64,000 bases of DNA from an uncultured Candidatus Saccharibacteria bacterium (GCA_964479005.1 CAYZJA010000002.1:128001-192000); one strand, 5' to 3'. Shown: positions 47,111 to 58,007, counted from the first letter of the stretch. A program made the numbers and translations. The notes: generated by a model from the sequence alone, not told the origin.

Positions 47111-47838
47111 CGATTTGGCGGCCTAGAAGAGTAATCTTCTATGGAAAAAGTTGACTCATATAGATGAAACCCTATTACATAAATTGTATTTTAACCTGTC
47201 GTGTGGTAGGATAATATCTAGGGAAGTTTAACTTTTTTAAACGTGAAACATCTTTCAAAGACTCAATGTGCTTATATCGCTGGGTTTTTAGATGGTGACG
47301 GAAGTCTTTATATTAGGATTAAACCTAATAAGGATTATCGGTTTAACTATCAAATAGCCCCCAATATAGTATTTTATCAATCCCAAAAAGGATGGTTATT
47401 TCTTCAGAAAATTAAAAAAATGATTAGCGCTGGTTATATGAGAAAAAGAAATGACGGGATTGCAGAATATATTATTGGTGATGTAGCAACAATGTCTTCT
47501 TTGTTGAAGCAAATATCTTCATTTCTGATATTTAAAAAGAAACAAGCACAATTGTTTCTAAGAATTCTTCAAAAGAAAACAAAGGTAAAAACAAAAGAAG
47601 ATTTTATAGCTTTAGCTATAATGATTGATAAATTGGAAAAATTAAATTATTCCAAAAAAAGGCGCATTACTTCGCAAGTTGTTATCAACACGTTAAAAAA
47701 GTTGTAACCCCTTAGAGACTTGTTCTGGTTTTTACCAGAACGGAATAGAGATTTTTAATCTCTATTAATACGTCAACCTCCTAATAAAATATTAGGATGA
47801 TGGTATAGTCCATACATAAAGTAATTTATGATTATATG
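47111..47838 (+). mobile_element. Group I intron in 23S at the I-CreI-type site (E. coli ~L2593; ...ACCGU^CGUGAGACAG...)
   Basis: Exon sequence resumes with CGTGAGACAGGTCGG. The boundary has a 2-nt ambiguity (CG duplicated). Confidence 0.75.
47243..47707 (+). CDS. Intron-encoded single-motif LAGLIDADG homing endonuclease
   Basis: IAGFLDGDGSL motif. 154 aa, inside 23S intron 2. Confidence 0.8.
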   Translation: MKHLSKTQCAYIAGFLDGDGSLYIRIKPNKDYRFNYQIAPNIVFYQSQKGWLFLQKIKKMISAGYMRKRNDGIAEYIIGDVATMSSLLKQISSFLIFKKKQAQLFLRILQKKTKVKTKEDFIALAIMIDKLEKLNYSKKRRITSQVVINTLKKL

Positions 47839-47980
47839 CGTGAGACAGGTCGGCCTCTATCTGCTGTGGGCGTTCGATACTTGAGGAGAGCTGATCGCAG
47901 TACGAGAGGACCCGATTGGACGAACCTCTGGTCTACCGGTTGTCCTGCCAAGGGCATCGCCGGGTAGCTATGTTCGGAAG

Positions 47981-48013
<33 letters not shown>

Positions 48014-48175
48014 CACTCCAAGATTAGGTATCGTTTCCCATTTATGGGAGTGAGATTCCTGGAAGATGACCAGGTTGATAGGCTCTAGGTGGAAGTCCAG
48101 TAATGGATTAAGCCGAGGAGTACTAATTATCAAAGCAACTTTCCTATCTTTAGTGAAAAGAAATATTTTAAAATT

Positions 48176-48284
48176 CCGCTGGTGTTTTACTTAATTATGG
48201 TCCACCTCTTCCCATTCCGAACAGAGAAGTGAAAGTAATTAAGCCCGATGATACTCTTTTGGGGAAAGTAGGGTATGCCAGCGG
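48176..48284 (+). rRNA. rrf: 5S rRNA
   Basis: CCGCTGGTG...CCCATTCCGAACAGAGAAGTGAAAG...GCCAGCGG with helix I closing, followed by a T-run. Confidence 0.8.
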
Positions 48285-48522
48285 TTTTTTATTTTTAAAT
48301 AAGTATTTCCCCCTTCTCTCCTGCATTCCAGCAGAGACAAACAATATTCACTCGCTCTGGAAGCCTTCCGGAATTTGTTTGTATCTCTGCTTCCATTAAT
48401 GTCGTTCAGGAGCAAATACTTATTTATCTTAATATGTTATTGGTTTAAAAATTAAAAATTGGAAATTTAAAATTATACCAGCGGTTTTTTTATTTGTATT
48501 TCTTATGATATAATAGCTAACA

Positions 48523-49875
48523 ATGGACAAACGATTAAGAAAACAAATTGTTATTGCTTTGGTATTTTTAGGCATTTTTTCGCTTATTGGCGGGGGAATT
48601 TATTTAACTCATCGTTCAGCTCCAACTTGTTTTGATAATAAGCGCAATCAAGGAGAAGAAGACGTAGATTGCGGAGGTCCTTGTATCTTGTGTGAATTAA
48701 AATACAATCCTCCACTTTCTTTAGCTGACTCTCCTGTTTTATTAGTTAATCAAGAAAATAAAGTTGACATCCTTTTTAAAATTACTAATTTAAGCCAGGA
48801 ATGGGGAGCTCAAGAATTTTTTTACAAAGTGATTCTTATAGGATCTAACCAAGAGAAACAAGAATTTATTAAATCTGGATTTATTTTTCCTCACGAGATT
48901 AGATATTTTATAGTTCCTAACATTGCGGTAGCATTTGAACCTTCAGAAGCTGATATAGAAATTTTGACAGAAACAATTGTATGGAATAAGCCATTATCAG
49001 GCATAGATCTTAATTTAGGAGATCCTTTTATTGTTACAAATACTAAAATAATAAAACCCCAGCCTATTCCCGGGGTTGATTATAATGTTTATACTTTTAC
49101 AAAAACTCTTGTATTGGGAATGAAAGATGCAGAAGTTTTTAACCTTCAGAAGGTTCTTCGCCTGGACCCCGCTATTTATCCTGAAGGTGAAGTAACTGGA
49201 TATTTTGGAAAATTAACAGAAGCTGCGGTAAAAAGATTTCAGAAAAAATATGGTATCAGGACTACTGGTCAAGTTGGTCCTCAGACAAGAGCAAAACTTC
49301 ATGAACTCTATGGACCTAGTGATATGGGGCCATTTAGCTATATTTTTACTTTAACTTTAAAAAAAGGGAATCGAGGTAATGAAGTGCTTAACTTACAAAG
49401 GGCGTTAATGTTGGATTCAACAGTTAGTCCTTTAGGCTCTATTACAGGTTATTTTGGGGAAATTACTGAAAAAGCAGTAAAAGATTTTCAGAGAAAATAT
49501 GGTATTAGAATTACTGGTCAAGTTGGTCCATTAACAAGGGATAAATTAAATGAACTTTTTAGTGAACCTCCTGAGACGATAACTGGTTTACCAGGAGAAC
49601 AATTAGAACCTTTTGAAGCCACTTTGGAAGTTAAAGGTGATGTTTATAATAGCACTTCATATAATTGGCGAAATGGAAATATAGCTATAATTCTTTGTGA
49701 TGATAAAAGAAAACCTGTTTCTGTAGGGACGACAGTTTTAGAAGATATTTATTCTGGCAAATCTTCTCAATTTGTTATTCAATGGCACCAGAAATTACCT
49801 GATGATATTACTATTTGTGAGAAAATTACAAATATTAATATTTTAGATGCGGAAAATGTTTTCTTAACTCCTTAG
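48523..49875 (+). CDS. Membrane-anchored protein with two peptidoglycan-binding (PG_binding_1-like) domains
   Basis: Two repeats of ...VxxLQxxL...GxxTGYFGxxTxxAVKxFQxKYGIRxTGQVGPxTRxKL. Confidence 0.6.
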   Translation: MDKRLRKQIVIALVFLGIFSLIGGGIYLTHRSAPTCFDNKRNQGEEDVDCGGPCILCELKYNPPLSLADSPVLLVNQENKVDILFKITNLSQEWGAQEFFYKVILIGSNQEKQEFIKSGFIFPHEIRYFIVPNIAVAFEPSEADIEILTETIVWNKPLSGIDLNLGDPFIVTNTKIIKPQPIPGVDYNVYTFTKTLVLGMKDAEVFNLQKVLRLDPAIYPEGEVTGYFGKLTEAAVKRFQKKYGIRTTGQVGPQTRAKLHELYGPSDMGPFSYIFTLTLKKGNRGNEVLNLQRALMLDSTVSPLGSITGYFGEITEKAVKDFQRKYGIRITGQVGPLTRDKLNELFSEPPETITGLPGEQLEPFEATLEVKGDVYNSTSYNWRNGNIAIILCDDKRKPVSVGTTVLEDIYSGKSSQFVIQWHQKLPDDITICEKITNINILDAENVFLTP

Positions 49876-49891
49876 CTTGCGCAAATAAATT

Positions 49892-50968
49892 ATGTTTAAG
49901 ACTGACTCTCTTTTGTTTTTCTCTCTCTTTATTTTGATTGCCCTAGGTTTATTAGTGTTATGGAGCATATCTTCTCAAGATGCTGCTCCTTTTTTTTCTT
50001 TTAAAAAACAACTGGTTCTTTTAGCAATAAGCATTTGCGCGTTTTTTGTTTTTTCCTTTTTGGATTGGCGAATTTTTAATTCTTCCCAATTAATTCTGAT
50101 TTTATATCTTTCATCCTTAGTTTTATTAGTTGTTGTATTGTTTTTTGGAGACAAGAGCAGTGGGGTGGCTGGTTGGTTTAATTTTGGATCATTTAGTTTT
50201 CAGCCAATAGAAATAGCAAAACTTTCTTTAATTATAATATTAGCTAAATATTTATCATCTCGGCATTTGGAAATTTGGCGGTTCCGTCATCTATTAACCT
50301 CTGGGTTTTTTACTTTTACTCCAATGGCTTTAATTGCCGCCCAGCCTGATTTAGGCGGCGCAATGATATTTGGAGCAATTTGGCTTGGTTTGGTATTTAT
50401 AAGTGGAATCAGATTTAAACAAATCATTCTTTTAATTATTATTTTTGGCTTAGTAGCGGGTTTGTCCTGGAGTTTTCTTTTAAAACCTTATCAGCAATCC
50501 CGAATTCTTAGCTTTATATATCCGCAAGAGGATCCTTTAGGGGTTGGATATCATAGAGAACAGGCATTGATTGCCATTGGCTCTGGCAGAATCTTTGGCA
50601 GAGATTTGGGTTGGGGCTCTCAAACAAATTTGCGTTTTTTACCATTAGCCAAGACTGATTTTATTTTTGCCTCTTTAGCTGAATCATTGGGTCTGTTTGG
50701 CGTTTCTGTGTTATTAGTCTGTTTTTTATTTATTTTTTATCGGTTGGTTATTTGGGCTAATACATTTTCTTATAATTTTTGCAAACTTTTTACTATTGGA
50801 TTTACCATTAAATTGTTAATTGGGGTTTTTGTTAATATTGGAATGAATTTGGGACTGCTTCCTATTGTGGGAATAGCCCTACCTTTTATTTCCGCAGGAG
50901 GTTCTCATCTTTTAATAGATTTTATTGGCCTGGGGATAATAAACAGTATGATAATCCACCGTGCCTAA
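49892..50968 (+). CDS. SEDS family peptidoglycan glycosyltransferase (FtsW/RodA)
   Basis: 10-TM protein with a PDLGGAMIF-type conserved loop and a C-terminal GGSHLL region. Confidence 0.8.
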   Translation: MFKTDSLLFFSLFILIALGLLVLWSISSQDAAPFFSFKKQLVLLAISICAFFVFSFLDWRIFNSSQLILILYLSSLVLLVVVLFFGDKSSGVAGWFNFGSFSFQPIEIAKLSLIIILAKYLSSRHLEIWRFRHLLTSGFFTFTPMALIAAQPDLGGAMIFGAIWLGLVFISGIRFKQIILLIIIFGLVAGLSWSFLLKPYQQSRILSFIYPQEDPLGVGYHREQALIAIGSGRIFGRDLGWGSQTNLRFLPLAKTDFIFASLAESLGLFGVSVLLVCFLFIFYRLVIWANTFSYNFCKLFTIGFTIKLLIGVFVNIGMNLGLLPIVGIALPFISAGGSHLLIDFIGLGIINSMIIHRA

Positions 50969-51007
50969 CTTTAAACTCTTAAACTTTTACACATTAAACG
51001 TTATATA

Positions 51008-52018
51008 ATGAAACAAGTGCAATTTATCAAAATCTCATTATTCATCATTGTTTGCGTATTAGTGCTATTTTTTTATATATTAGTTAATTTTTCATTAACT
51101 TGTCAGGGAGAGTGTAATTTTTCAATAGAGAAAGGAGAAAACTTAAAAAGTATTGCCGATCGTTTAAGAAATCAAAAATTTGTTTCTTCATCTATGTTGT
51201 TTCAATTTTACGTAAAAATAAAAGGTCAGGAAAAAAACATCAAAGCAGGAGATTATTCATTTATTTCACCTTTAACGATTACTAACATAACCGAGATTAT
51301 TACTAATGGAAAATTAACTAATAATAGTTTCCTCATAGCAGAAGGGGAGACAATGTTAGAGATAGAGGAAAATCTAAGAGAAAAAGGTCTAATTGATGCA
51401 TTTTCATCATTAAAAGAATGGAAAACAGGGGATTTTCTTGAAAAAAAATATTTTGATATTTTTTCTGAAATTCCTACCGATGTTTCATTAGAAGGGTATT
51501 TATTTCCTGATTCTTATCATTTACCCCAGGGATTAGAAGAAGAAGAAATTCTTTCAATGTTTATAGATAATTTTGTCGCAAAAACTGAAAATGATTTATT
51601 TTTTGAGATAAAAGAGCAAAAAAGAAGTTTTTATGAAATTTTAACAATGGCTTCTTTGTTGGAAAAAGAAGTTCGCGAAGAAACAGACAAAAGAATGGTA
51701 GCAGATATTCTTTGGAGGAGATTGGATACGAATTTTCTTCTTCAAGTTGACGCAACAATTTGTTATGCTGAATTTCAATCATTTAAAAAATGTTCTCTTA
51801 CCCGTGAATTATTTAAATTAGATTCTCCTTATAACACTTATCTTTATAAAGGATTACCGCCTACACCTATTAATAATCCTGGAATAGAATCAATACAAGC
51901 AGCTTTAAATCCATTAGTAAATGATTATTGGTATTATATGACTGACAGAGAAACAGGAAAAACTATTTTTTCTGAAACATTTGATGAACACTTAGAATCC
52001 CGCGGGAAATATCTATAG
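51008..52018 (+). CDS. mltG: Endolytic murein transglycosylase MltG (YceG family)
   Basis: N-terminal TM; YceG-like domain with LQVDATICYA...SPYNTYLYKGLPPTPINNPG. Confidence 0.8.
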   Translation: MKQVQFIKISLFIIVCVLVLFFYILVNFSLTCQGECNFSIEKGENLKSIADRLRNQKFVSSSMLFQFYVKIKGQEKNIKAGDYSFISPLTITNITEIITNGKLTNNSFLIAEGETMLEIEENLREKGLIDAFSSLKEWKTGDFLEKKYFDIFSEIPTDVSLEGYLFPDSYHLPQGLEEEEILSMFIDNFVAKTENDLFFEIKEQKRSFYEILTMASLLEKEVREETDKRMVADILWRRLDTNFLLQVDATICYAEFQSFKKCSLTRELFKLDSPYNTYLYKGLPPTPINNPGIESIQAALNPLVNDYWYYMTDRETGKTIFSETFDEHLESRGKYL

Positions 52019-52108
52019 GAATTTTTATTTGATTTAAATAGTTTGCTATGATATATTTCAGTTGAGGGACAATATCGTCCCCTAACTGAAATAACTATTT
52101 AATTAAAA

Positions 52109-52306
52109 ATGGCTAAAAAAACAGAAAAGTTAAATATTACTAAGATCCAAGAAAAGATTACTCGGGCTAATTTGAAATTATTTACTTCTTTGGATTATCA
52201 AAGAATACTTAATTTAGATTATCAGGCGGCAAAGAGAAGCATTACTCGCTACATTCACGCAGGGTTTTTAGTAAAAGCCAGAAAAGCTTATCCCATTGAT
52301 TATTAA
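52109..52306 (+). pseudogene. Short ORF; possible N-terminal fragment of an AbiEi-like winged-HTH protein (very tentative)
   Basis: LFTSLDYQRILNL...ITRYIHAGFLVKARKAY resembles AbiEi_4 N-terminal domains. It is truncated at the rfbB' fragment. Confidence 0.25.
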
Positions 52307-52760
52307 AAATATCTTGGAAGGGAAAAGTTTGCCAGTGTATGGAGATGGAAAGAATGTTAGAGATTGGATTTATGTTGAAGATCATTGCAAGGCAATAGAT
52401 TTGGTTTTGGATAAAGGTAAATTAAGTGAAGTATATAATATAGGTGGATGTGATGAAAAACAAAATATAGAAATAGTTAAAATTCTTATAGACACAATCA
52501 AAGATTTGATAAAGAAAAATTCGGAATATCAGTTTATTTTAAAAACTGATTTATCTAATATTAATTATAATTTAATAGAATATGTAAAAGACAGAAAGGG
52601 TCATGATAAAAGATATGCTATAGATTCTACAAAAATAAAAAATGAACTCGGGTGGTTTCCCGAAACAAAATTTGGAGATGGTATAGTTAAAACAATTAAA
52701 TGGTATTTTGAAAATCAAGATTGGGTAGAAAACAAGCACGAGCTCTTCAAAAATATATAA
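52296..52760 (+). pseudogene. C-terminal fragment of dTDP-glucose 4,6-dehydratase (rfbB/rmlB paralogue remnant; N-terminal Rossmann half missing)
   Basis: LPVYGDGKNVRDWIYVEDHC...YNIGG...DKRYAIDSTKIKNELGW are RmlB C-terminal motifs. There is no NAD-binding GxxGxxG half. Confidence 0.7.
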
Positions 52761-52872
52761 ATAATAAAGATACAGTGGCTGACCTTAGTTGTGGTATTGG
52801 AAGAGCACTAACTTTTCTTAAAGTTAAAAAAATTGTCGATTATTATAAAAATTTTAAGGAGGCAAAGAATTT

Positions 52873-54021
52873 ATGAAAATAGGAATATTAACATTTAATT
52901 GGGCACTTAATTATGGAGCTGTATTACAAATGTATACATTATATAAGTATTTGAGTAAAAACAATGAGGTTTTTGTTATAAATTATGTTCCAGATTACTT
53001 AGCTAATCTATATAGTACAAAGATTTTTGATAAACCCTTGAGAATTAAATCAGTAATGGAAAAAATGCTGCAAAAACTAATAAAACATAAACAATATAAA
53101 AAATTCAAGGAATTTATTGATAAAGATATTACTTTAACAGAAAAGGCTAAAAATAGTGCTGAGTTATTAAAAATAATAAACAAACTTGATTTAGTTGCAG
53201 TAGGAAGTGACCAAGTTTGGAATTATGATATAACAAAAGACCATTTAAAGGATTATCTTTTAAGTAATATAAATTGTAACAAGATAAGTTATGCTGCTAG
53301 TCTTGGTAAAAATGAAATTAAAAGTGAAGTTGTAGGTTTATTTAAAAAATCTCTAAAAAATTTTGATTTTGTTTCTTTAAGGGAAGAAGCATCAATAAGT
53401 TATCTTAATAAAATTTGTAAAAGAAAAAATTACAAATTGTGTATTGATCCTGTTTTCTTGTTTAAAAAGGAGGAATGGGAAATCATTGCCGAAAAAAGTT
53501 ATTGTAAATTGCCGAATAAAGAATATATACTTGTATATATGTTAGAATATAATGCTAATTTAATCAAAGTGGCTAAATATTTATCTAAAATATATAATAT
53601 ATCTGTGGTTAGTATAGAAATTCCTTTTTTAACACTTGAAAGAATAACAAAAATGAAAAAAATTAAAAAACTACATGATGTAGGGCCAATAGACTTTGTT
53701 AAATTATTTTCAAATGCAAAATATATTTTAACAAATTCTTTTCATGGGACAGCTTTTTCATTAATTTTTAATAAGCAGTTTATTTCGTTTGCTCATTCAA
53801 CTGTAAATTTAAGGATGGAAAATCTTTTGAAGCTGTATGGTTTAGAAAATAATCAAATAGCTAATTCGTTTAAGGATATTGAAGTTGTTAAAAAAATTTT
53901 AGAAAAGAGTAAACAAGCATATAATAACCAAAATAAAGAAATAGATAATGTTATTGAAGTTTCAAAAAAATATTTAGATGATGTTGTAAAAGAAATTACA
54001 AATAAGAAGGGAAAATTATGA
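52873..54021 (+). CDS. Polysaccharide pyruvyl transferase family protein (CsaB/WcaK-like)
   Basis: N-terminal MKIGILTFNWALNYGAVLQ and overall PS_pyruv_trans-like organisation. Confidence 0.6.
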   Translation: MKIGILTFNWALNYGAVLQMYTLYKYLSKNNEVFVINYVPDYLANLYSTKIFDKPLRIKSVMEKMLQKLIKHKQYKKFKEFIDKDITLTEKAKNSAELLKIINKLDLVAVGSDQVWNYDITKDHLKDYLLSNINCNKISYAASLGKNEIKSEVVGLFKKSLKNFDFVSLREEASISYLNKICKRKNYKLCIDPVFLFKKEEWEIIAEKSYCKLPNKEYILVYMLEYNANLIKVAKYLSKIYNISVVSIEIPFLTLERITKMKKIKKLHDVGPIDFVKLFSNAKYILTNSFHGTAFSLIFNKQFISFAHSTVNLRMENLLKLYGLENNQIANSFKDIEVVKKILEKSKQAYNNQNKEIDNVIEVSKKYLDDVVKEITNKKGKL

Positions 54022-54105
54022 AAAATAATGTTTTTAAAAAAATTAAGCTAAGTTATTTTATATATTACAATTATTTTTGTCGTAATACTACATGGGGGAA
54101 GAATT

Positions 54106-54369
54106 ATGTTATACTGTTATAATAATACAATTTGCGATATAAGTTCTACTGCTAAAATTATATTAAATGGAAATTTAATTCTCAATTCCTATAAGCTAAA
54201 AAAATCAAAGGCTGAAATGTTACTTAGAATGAAAGAAAATACAAAATTAGTTGTAAATGGAAATTTTTCTTTTTACTACAATTGTGATATTAATATTTTT
54301 GACGGTGGAAGATTAACAATAGGTTCAGGATATGCTAATTGTGGTACACATTGCCTCTTACCCCATTGA
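54106..54369 (+). pseudogene. Truncated left-handed beta-helix (hexapeptide) acetyltransferase fragment
   Basis: ...VVNGNFSFYYNCDINIFDGGRLTIGSGYANCGTHC is hexapeptide-repeat like. The ORF stops after 87 aa where the beta-helix should continue. Confidence 0.45.
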
Positions 54370-54538
54370 GGAAAAAGGTCTTGCAGAAAACAAGCATTGG
54401 AATTTGATGAAGTAGAATACACTCTCAGCTAGCTGGTTAAACCAGACGGAGTAATTGAATATGTGAAAAATACGTTATAGTACTCTTTGTTAATTTGGTA
54501 AATGAAATAAAATATAATTATGTAATGGTGGTGATATT

Positions 54539-55603
54539 ATGAAAATAATACTTTTAGGTGGTACAGGTGCTATAGGAAGTCATTTGACAAACCTTTTATC
54601 TGATAGAAAAGATAAGGTTGTAGTAACTTCTCGAAGCCGTAATGAATCGAAAGAATTAGTTGAATATCGACAAGGAAATGCTAAAAACATAGATTTTTTG
54701 AGTGATGTTTTACGGGAACAATGGGATGCAATCGTTGATTTTATGGTCTATTCTGAAGATGAATTTCGTGAACGGGTAGATTTATTGCTGAGTTCTACAT
54801 CTCAATATGTTTTCTTAAGTTCAGCTAGAGTTTATAATGAAAGTCAAGAGGCTATAACAGAGGAATCTGCAAGACTATTAGATTCTTCTTCTGATTATGA
54901 TTTTTTAGCTACAAGCGAATATTCTCTTTCAAAAGCTCGACAAGAAAATATGTTACGTTCATCAAATAAGAAAAACTGGACTATTGTACGTCCGTATATT
55001 ACGTACAGCGAAAAGCGTTTGCAACTTGGAACTCTAGAAAAAGAAAATTGGCTTTATAGAGCATTACAAGGAAGATCCATAGTATTTTCTGAAGATATTA
55101 GGAACCACTTAACTACTCTAACCTATGGTTTAGATGTGGCAACTGGAATTGCAAGTCTTATCAATAATCCAAAATCTTTTGGGGAAACATATCATATTAC
55201 AAACGAATGTGCATGCAAATGGAGCGATATTTTAAACATATATTTAGATGTATTAGAGAATAAATTAGGAAATCGACCTAAAGTAATCTACCAAAATTTA
55301 CCTGATTTTCTAGTGTGGAATCCAGGAAAATACCCAATTATTTATGATCGGCTTTTTGATAGAAAATTTGATAATACAAAAATCAATAAATTAATAAACG
55401 CAAAAGAATTTGTACAAGTTCAGAATGGATTGAGAAAGAGTTTAAATACGTTTTTAATAAGCCCAGAATTTAGTAGTATAAGCTGGAAAAATGAAGCGAT
55501 AAAAGACAGATACGCTAAAGAAAGAACTCCATTAAAAGAAATCAGTGGCTTTAAGCAAAAAGTTAAATATTTGGCTTTTAGATATTTCATTAAAATTAAA
55601 TAG
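54539..55603 (+). CDS. NAD-dependent epimerase/dehydratase family (SDR) protein
   Basis: N-terminal GGTGAIGSHL Rossmann motif. Confidence 0.7.
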   Translation: MKIILLGGTGAIGSHLTNLLSDRKDKVVVTSRSRNESKELVEYRQGNAKNIDFLSDVLREQWDAIVDFMVYSEDEFRERVDLLLSSTSQYVFLSSARVYNESQEAITEESARLLDSSSDYDFLATSEYSLSKARQENMLRSSNKKNWTIVRPYITYSEKRLQLGTLEKENWLYRALQGRSIVFSEDIRNHLTTLTYGLDVATGIASLINNPKSFGETYHITNECACKWSDILNIYLDVLENKLGNRPKVIYQNLPDFLVWNPGKYPIIYDRLFDRKFDNTKINKLINAKEFVQVQNGLRKSLNTFLISPEFSSISWKNEAIKDRYAKERTPLKEISGFKQKVKYLAFRYFIKIK

Positions 55604-55633
55604 TACAAAATATAAATTTAGAGAGGTAATAAA

Positions 55634-57376
55634 ATGAAAACATATTATACAGACGAAAAAAATATACAGATTTTGATTGCATTACTTAAAGGACATGGAA
55701 TTAGAAAAGTAGTCGCATCTCCTGGAACAGCAAATATGACTTTTGTTAGAAGCCTGCAAAATGATTCTTTTTTTGAAATATACTCATCTATTGACGAGCA
55801 TTCAGCAGCTTATATGGCTTGCGGATTGGCAGCTGAATCAGGAGAACCTGTAGTTTTAAGTTGTACTGGTGCAACTGCATCAAGAAACTATATGCCGGGA
55901 TTGACAGAAGCTTACTATCGTAAATTACCAATACTTTCTGTTACAGCTACTCAAGAAATTGCAAAAGTTGGTCATCACATTCCTCAGGTTTTAGATCGTA
56001 GCTCTATGCCTAATGATGTTGTAAAACACAGTGTTCAACTGCCATTAGTTAAAGATGATACTGATTGGTGGAGTTGTGAGGTTAAGGTAAATAATGCCCT
56101 ATTAGAATTAAGTCGGCATGGAGGCGGACCTGTGCACATTAATTTAAGTATGGATTGTAGATTTTCGTTCAAAACTGTAGAATTACCAAAAGTTCGTGTA
56201 ATTAAGCGCATTAAAACACAATCAAGTGAGTATCCTTCTATGCCTGAAGGTAAAGTTGCGGTATTTGTTGGATCGCATGCAGAAATGACTAAAGATCAAA
56301 TAAGTGCACTTGAACATTTTTGTGAATCCAATAATGCAGTAGTGTTCTGTGACCACACAAGTGGATACAAAGGGAAATATTGTGTTGTTCATTCGCTTAG
56401 TTCTTCTCAAAGACTATCGGACTTTGATGGATTACGCCCTGATTTGTTAATTCATATTGGAGAAATTACCGGAGACTATTCTGTTAGTAGTATAGTTGGA
56501 AAACAGATTTGGAGAGTTAGCGAAGATGGCGAGTTACGAGATACTTATCGTAAACTTCAGTATGTTTTTGAAATGCCCGAACAAGTTTTTTTTAAACATT
56601 ATACTAAAAACGATATAAATAGTGGACTTTATTTACAAGTATGTCGTGATTATCTTGAACAATTGCTCAATAAAATACCAGAACTTCCATTCTCTAATCT
56701 TTGGATAGCAAAAAAAATACATAAGCTAATTCCAGAAAATTCTACTATTCATTTCGCAATTTTAAATAGTCTTCGTTCATGGAATTTTTTTGAATTACCA
56801 AAAACAGTTGAATCTAATTCCAATGTTGGAGGATTCGGAATCGATGGTTGTCTTTCTTCTTTAGTAGGAGCTTCGTTGGCAAAAAAAGATAGATTATATT
56901 TCGGTATCATCGGTGACTTAGCATTCTTTTATGATATAAATTCTATAGGTAATCGTCATGTAGGAAATAATTTACGAATTCTTCTAGTCAATAACGGAAA
57001 AGGCACAGAATTTAGAAATTTCAATCAGCCAGCGGCACAATTTGGAGAATCAGCAGATGAATTTATAGCAGCCGGAGGCCATTTTGGAAACAAGTCACAA
57101 ACCCTAGTAAAAAATTATAGCGAGAGTCTTGGTTTTGAATATTTATCTGCATCAAATAAAGCAGAGTTTGAGCAAGTCTATGAAAGATTTCTAACTGACC
57201 AGATGCTCGATAAACCTATATTATTAGAGGTATTTACAAATAGTGTAGATGAAAGTAAGGCTTTGGAAATGATAACATCAATTAGTACAACAGTTAAAAT
57301 GAAAACGAAAGATGTTATAAGAAATGTTGTAGGTAAGAATAATATTAGAAAAATCAAAAAATTTATTAAAGGTTAA
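55634..57376 (+). CDS. Thiamine-diphosphate-dependent enzyme (acetolactate synthase-like; possible sugar-branching YerE-type)
   Basis: Pyr-domain N-terminus, and a C-terminal TPP motif GDLAFFYD...NN(GKG). Confidence 0.6.
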   Translation: MKTYYTDEKNIQILIALLKGHGIRKVVASPGTANMTFVRSLQNDSFFEIYSSIDEHSAAYMACGLAAESGEPVVLSCTGATASRNYMPGLTEAYYRKLPILSVTATQEIAKVGHHIPQVLDRSSMPNDVVKHSVQLPLVKDDTDWWSCEVKVNNALLELSRHGGGPVHINLSMDCRFSFKTVELPKVRVIKRIKTQSSEYPSMPEGKVAVFVGSHAEMTKDQISALEHFCESNNAVVFCDHTSGYKGKYCVVHSLSSSQRLSDFDGLRPDLLIHIGEITGDYSVSSIVGKQIWRVSEDGELRDTYRKLQYVFEMPEQVFFKHYTKNDINSGLYLQVCRDYLEQLLNKIPELPFSNLWIAKKIHKLIPENSTIHFAILNSLRSWNFFELPKTVESNSNVGGFGIDGCLSSLVGASLAKKDRLYFGIIGDLAFFYDINSIGNRHVGNNLRILLVNNGKGTEFRNFNQPAAQFGESADEFIAAGGHFGNKSQTLVKNYSESLGFEYLSASNKAEFEQVYERFLTDQMLDKPILLEVFTNSVDESKALEMITSISTTVKMKTKDVIRNVVGKNNIRKIKKFIKG

Positions 57377-57390
57377 TATAAAATTAAAAT

Positions 57391-57708
57391 ATGAAAATAC
57401 TTACCAAAATTAAATCTATAGGAAAGCACTTGCCTAAACCAATTAAGCATATTATTAGACCTTTCTACATTAAAGTAAAAGGGAAAGAAAGAATAATAGT
57501 ATACAAAGAATTACTACAAGATACAGCTGAATTTCACAATAGAATTGATGATTCTAGAATTAATTATCAAGAGCTCGATAAAATTGATAGAATACTTAAA
57601 CAATTAAATCCTTTAGATGTGAGAAATTATATGTATTTAATAGTTTCTCTTTTTGGTTCGAAATGTTATTATAGATTAAGTAAGTTGAAACATAGTCTAA
57701 ATAATTAA
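57391..57708 (+). CDS. Hypothetical small basic protein
   Basis: ORF only. Confidence 0.3.
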   Translation: MKILTKIKSIGKHLPKPIKHIIRPFYIKVKGKERIIVYKELLQDTAEFHNRIDDSRINYQELDKIDRILKQLNPLDVRNYMYLIVSLFGSKCYYRLSKLKHSLNN

Positions 57709-57803
57709 TTCACTTTATCCCTATGTTTTAAATAAGGTGAGAGAAGCTTTTTGTAATTATTGTATTCTTATTGTTTCTCTTAAACTAATGTTGATAAAAA
57801 ACT

Positions 57804-58007
57804 ATGAATCCACAGCAATTGTACCATAAACAGTATGCCGAGCATGCCTTAATAATTAATCATGAATCTTTTTTCAAGAAAACCTTTCATAAGTTTAATG
57901 TCCATAGAAGAAATGTAGCAATTTCTTTACTAGAGAGAGGAAATAATTTACTTGATATTGGTTGTGGAGAAGGGTCACTTTTATTAAAGGCAAGAAATAA
58001 ATATTAA
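57804..58007 (+). pseudogene. N-terminal fragment of a class I SAM-dependent methyltransferase
   Basis: Motif I LLDIGCGEGSL is present. The ORF ends 15 aa later, at the junction with the duplicated mltG segment. Confidence 0.55.

Noticed and set aside
57804-58007. Intact small gene encoding a 67-aa protein
   Set aside because: It has methyltransferase motif I but ends where the duplicated mltG segment begins. It is better explained as a truncated gene.
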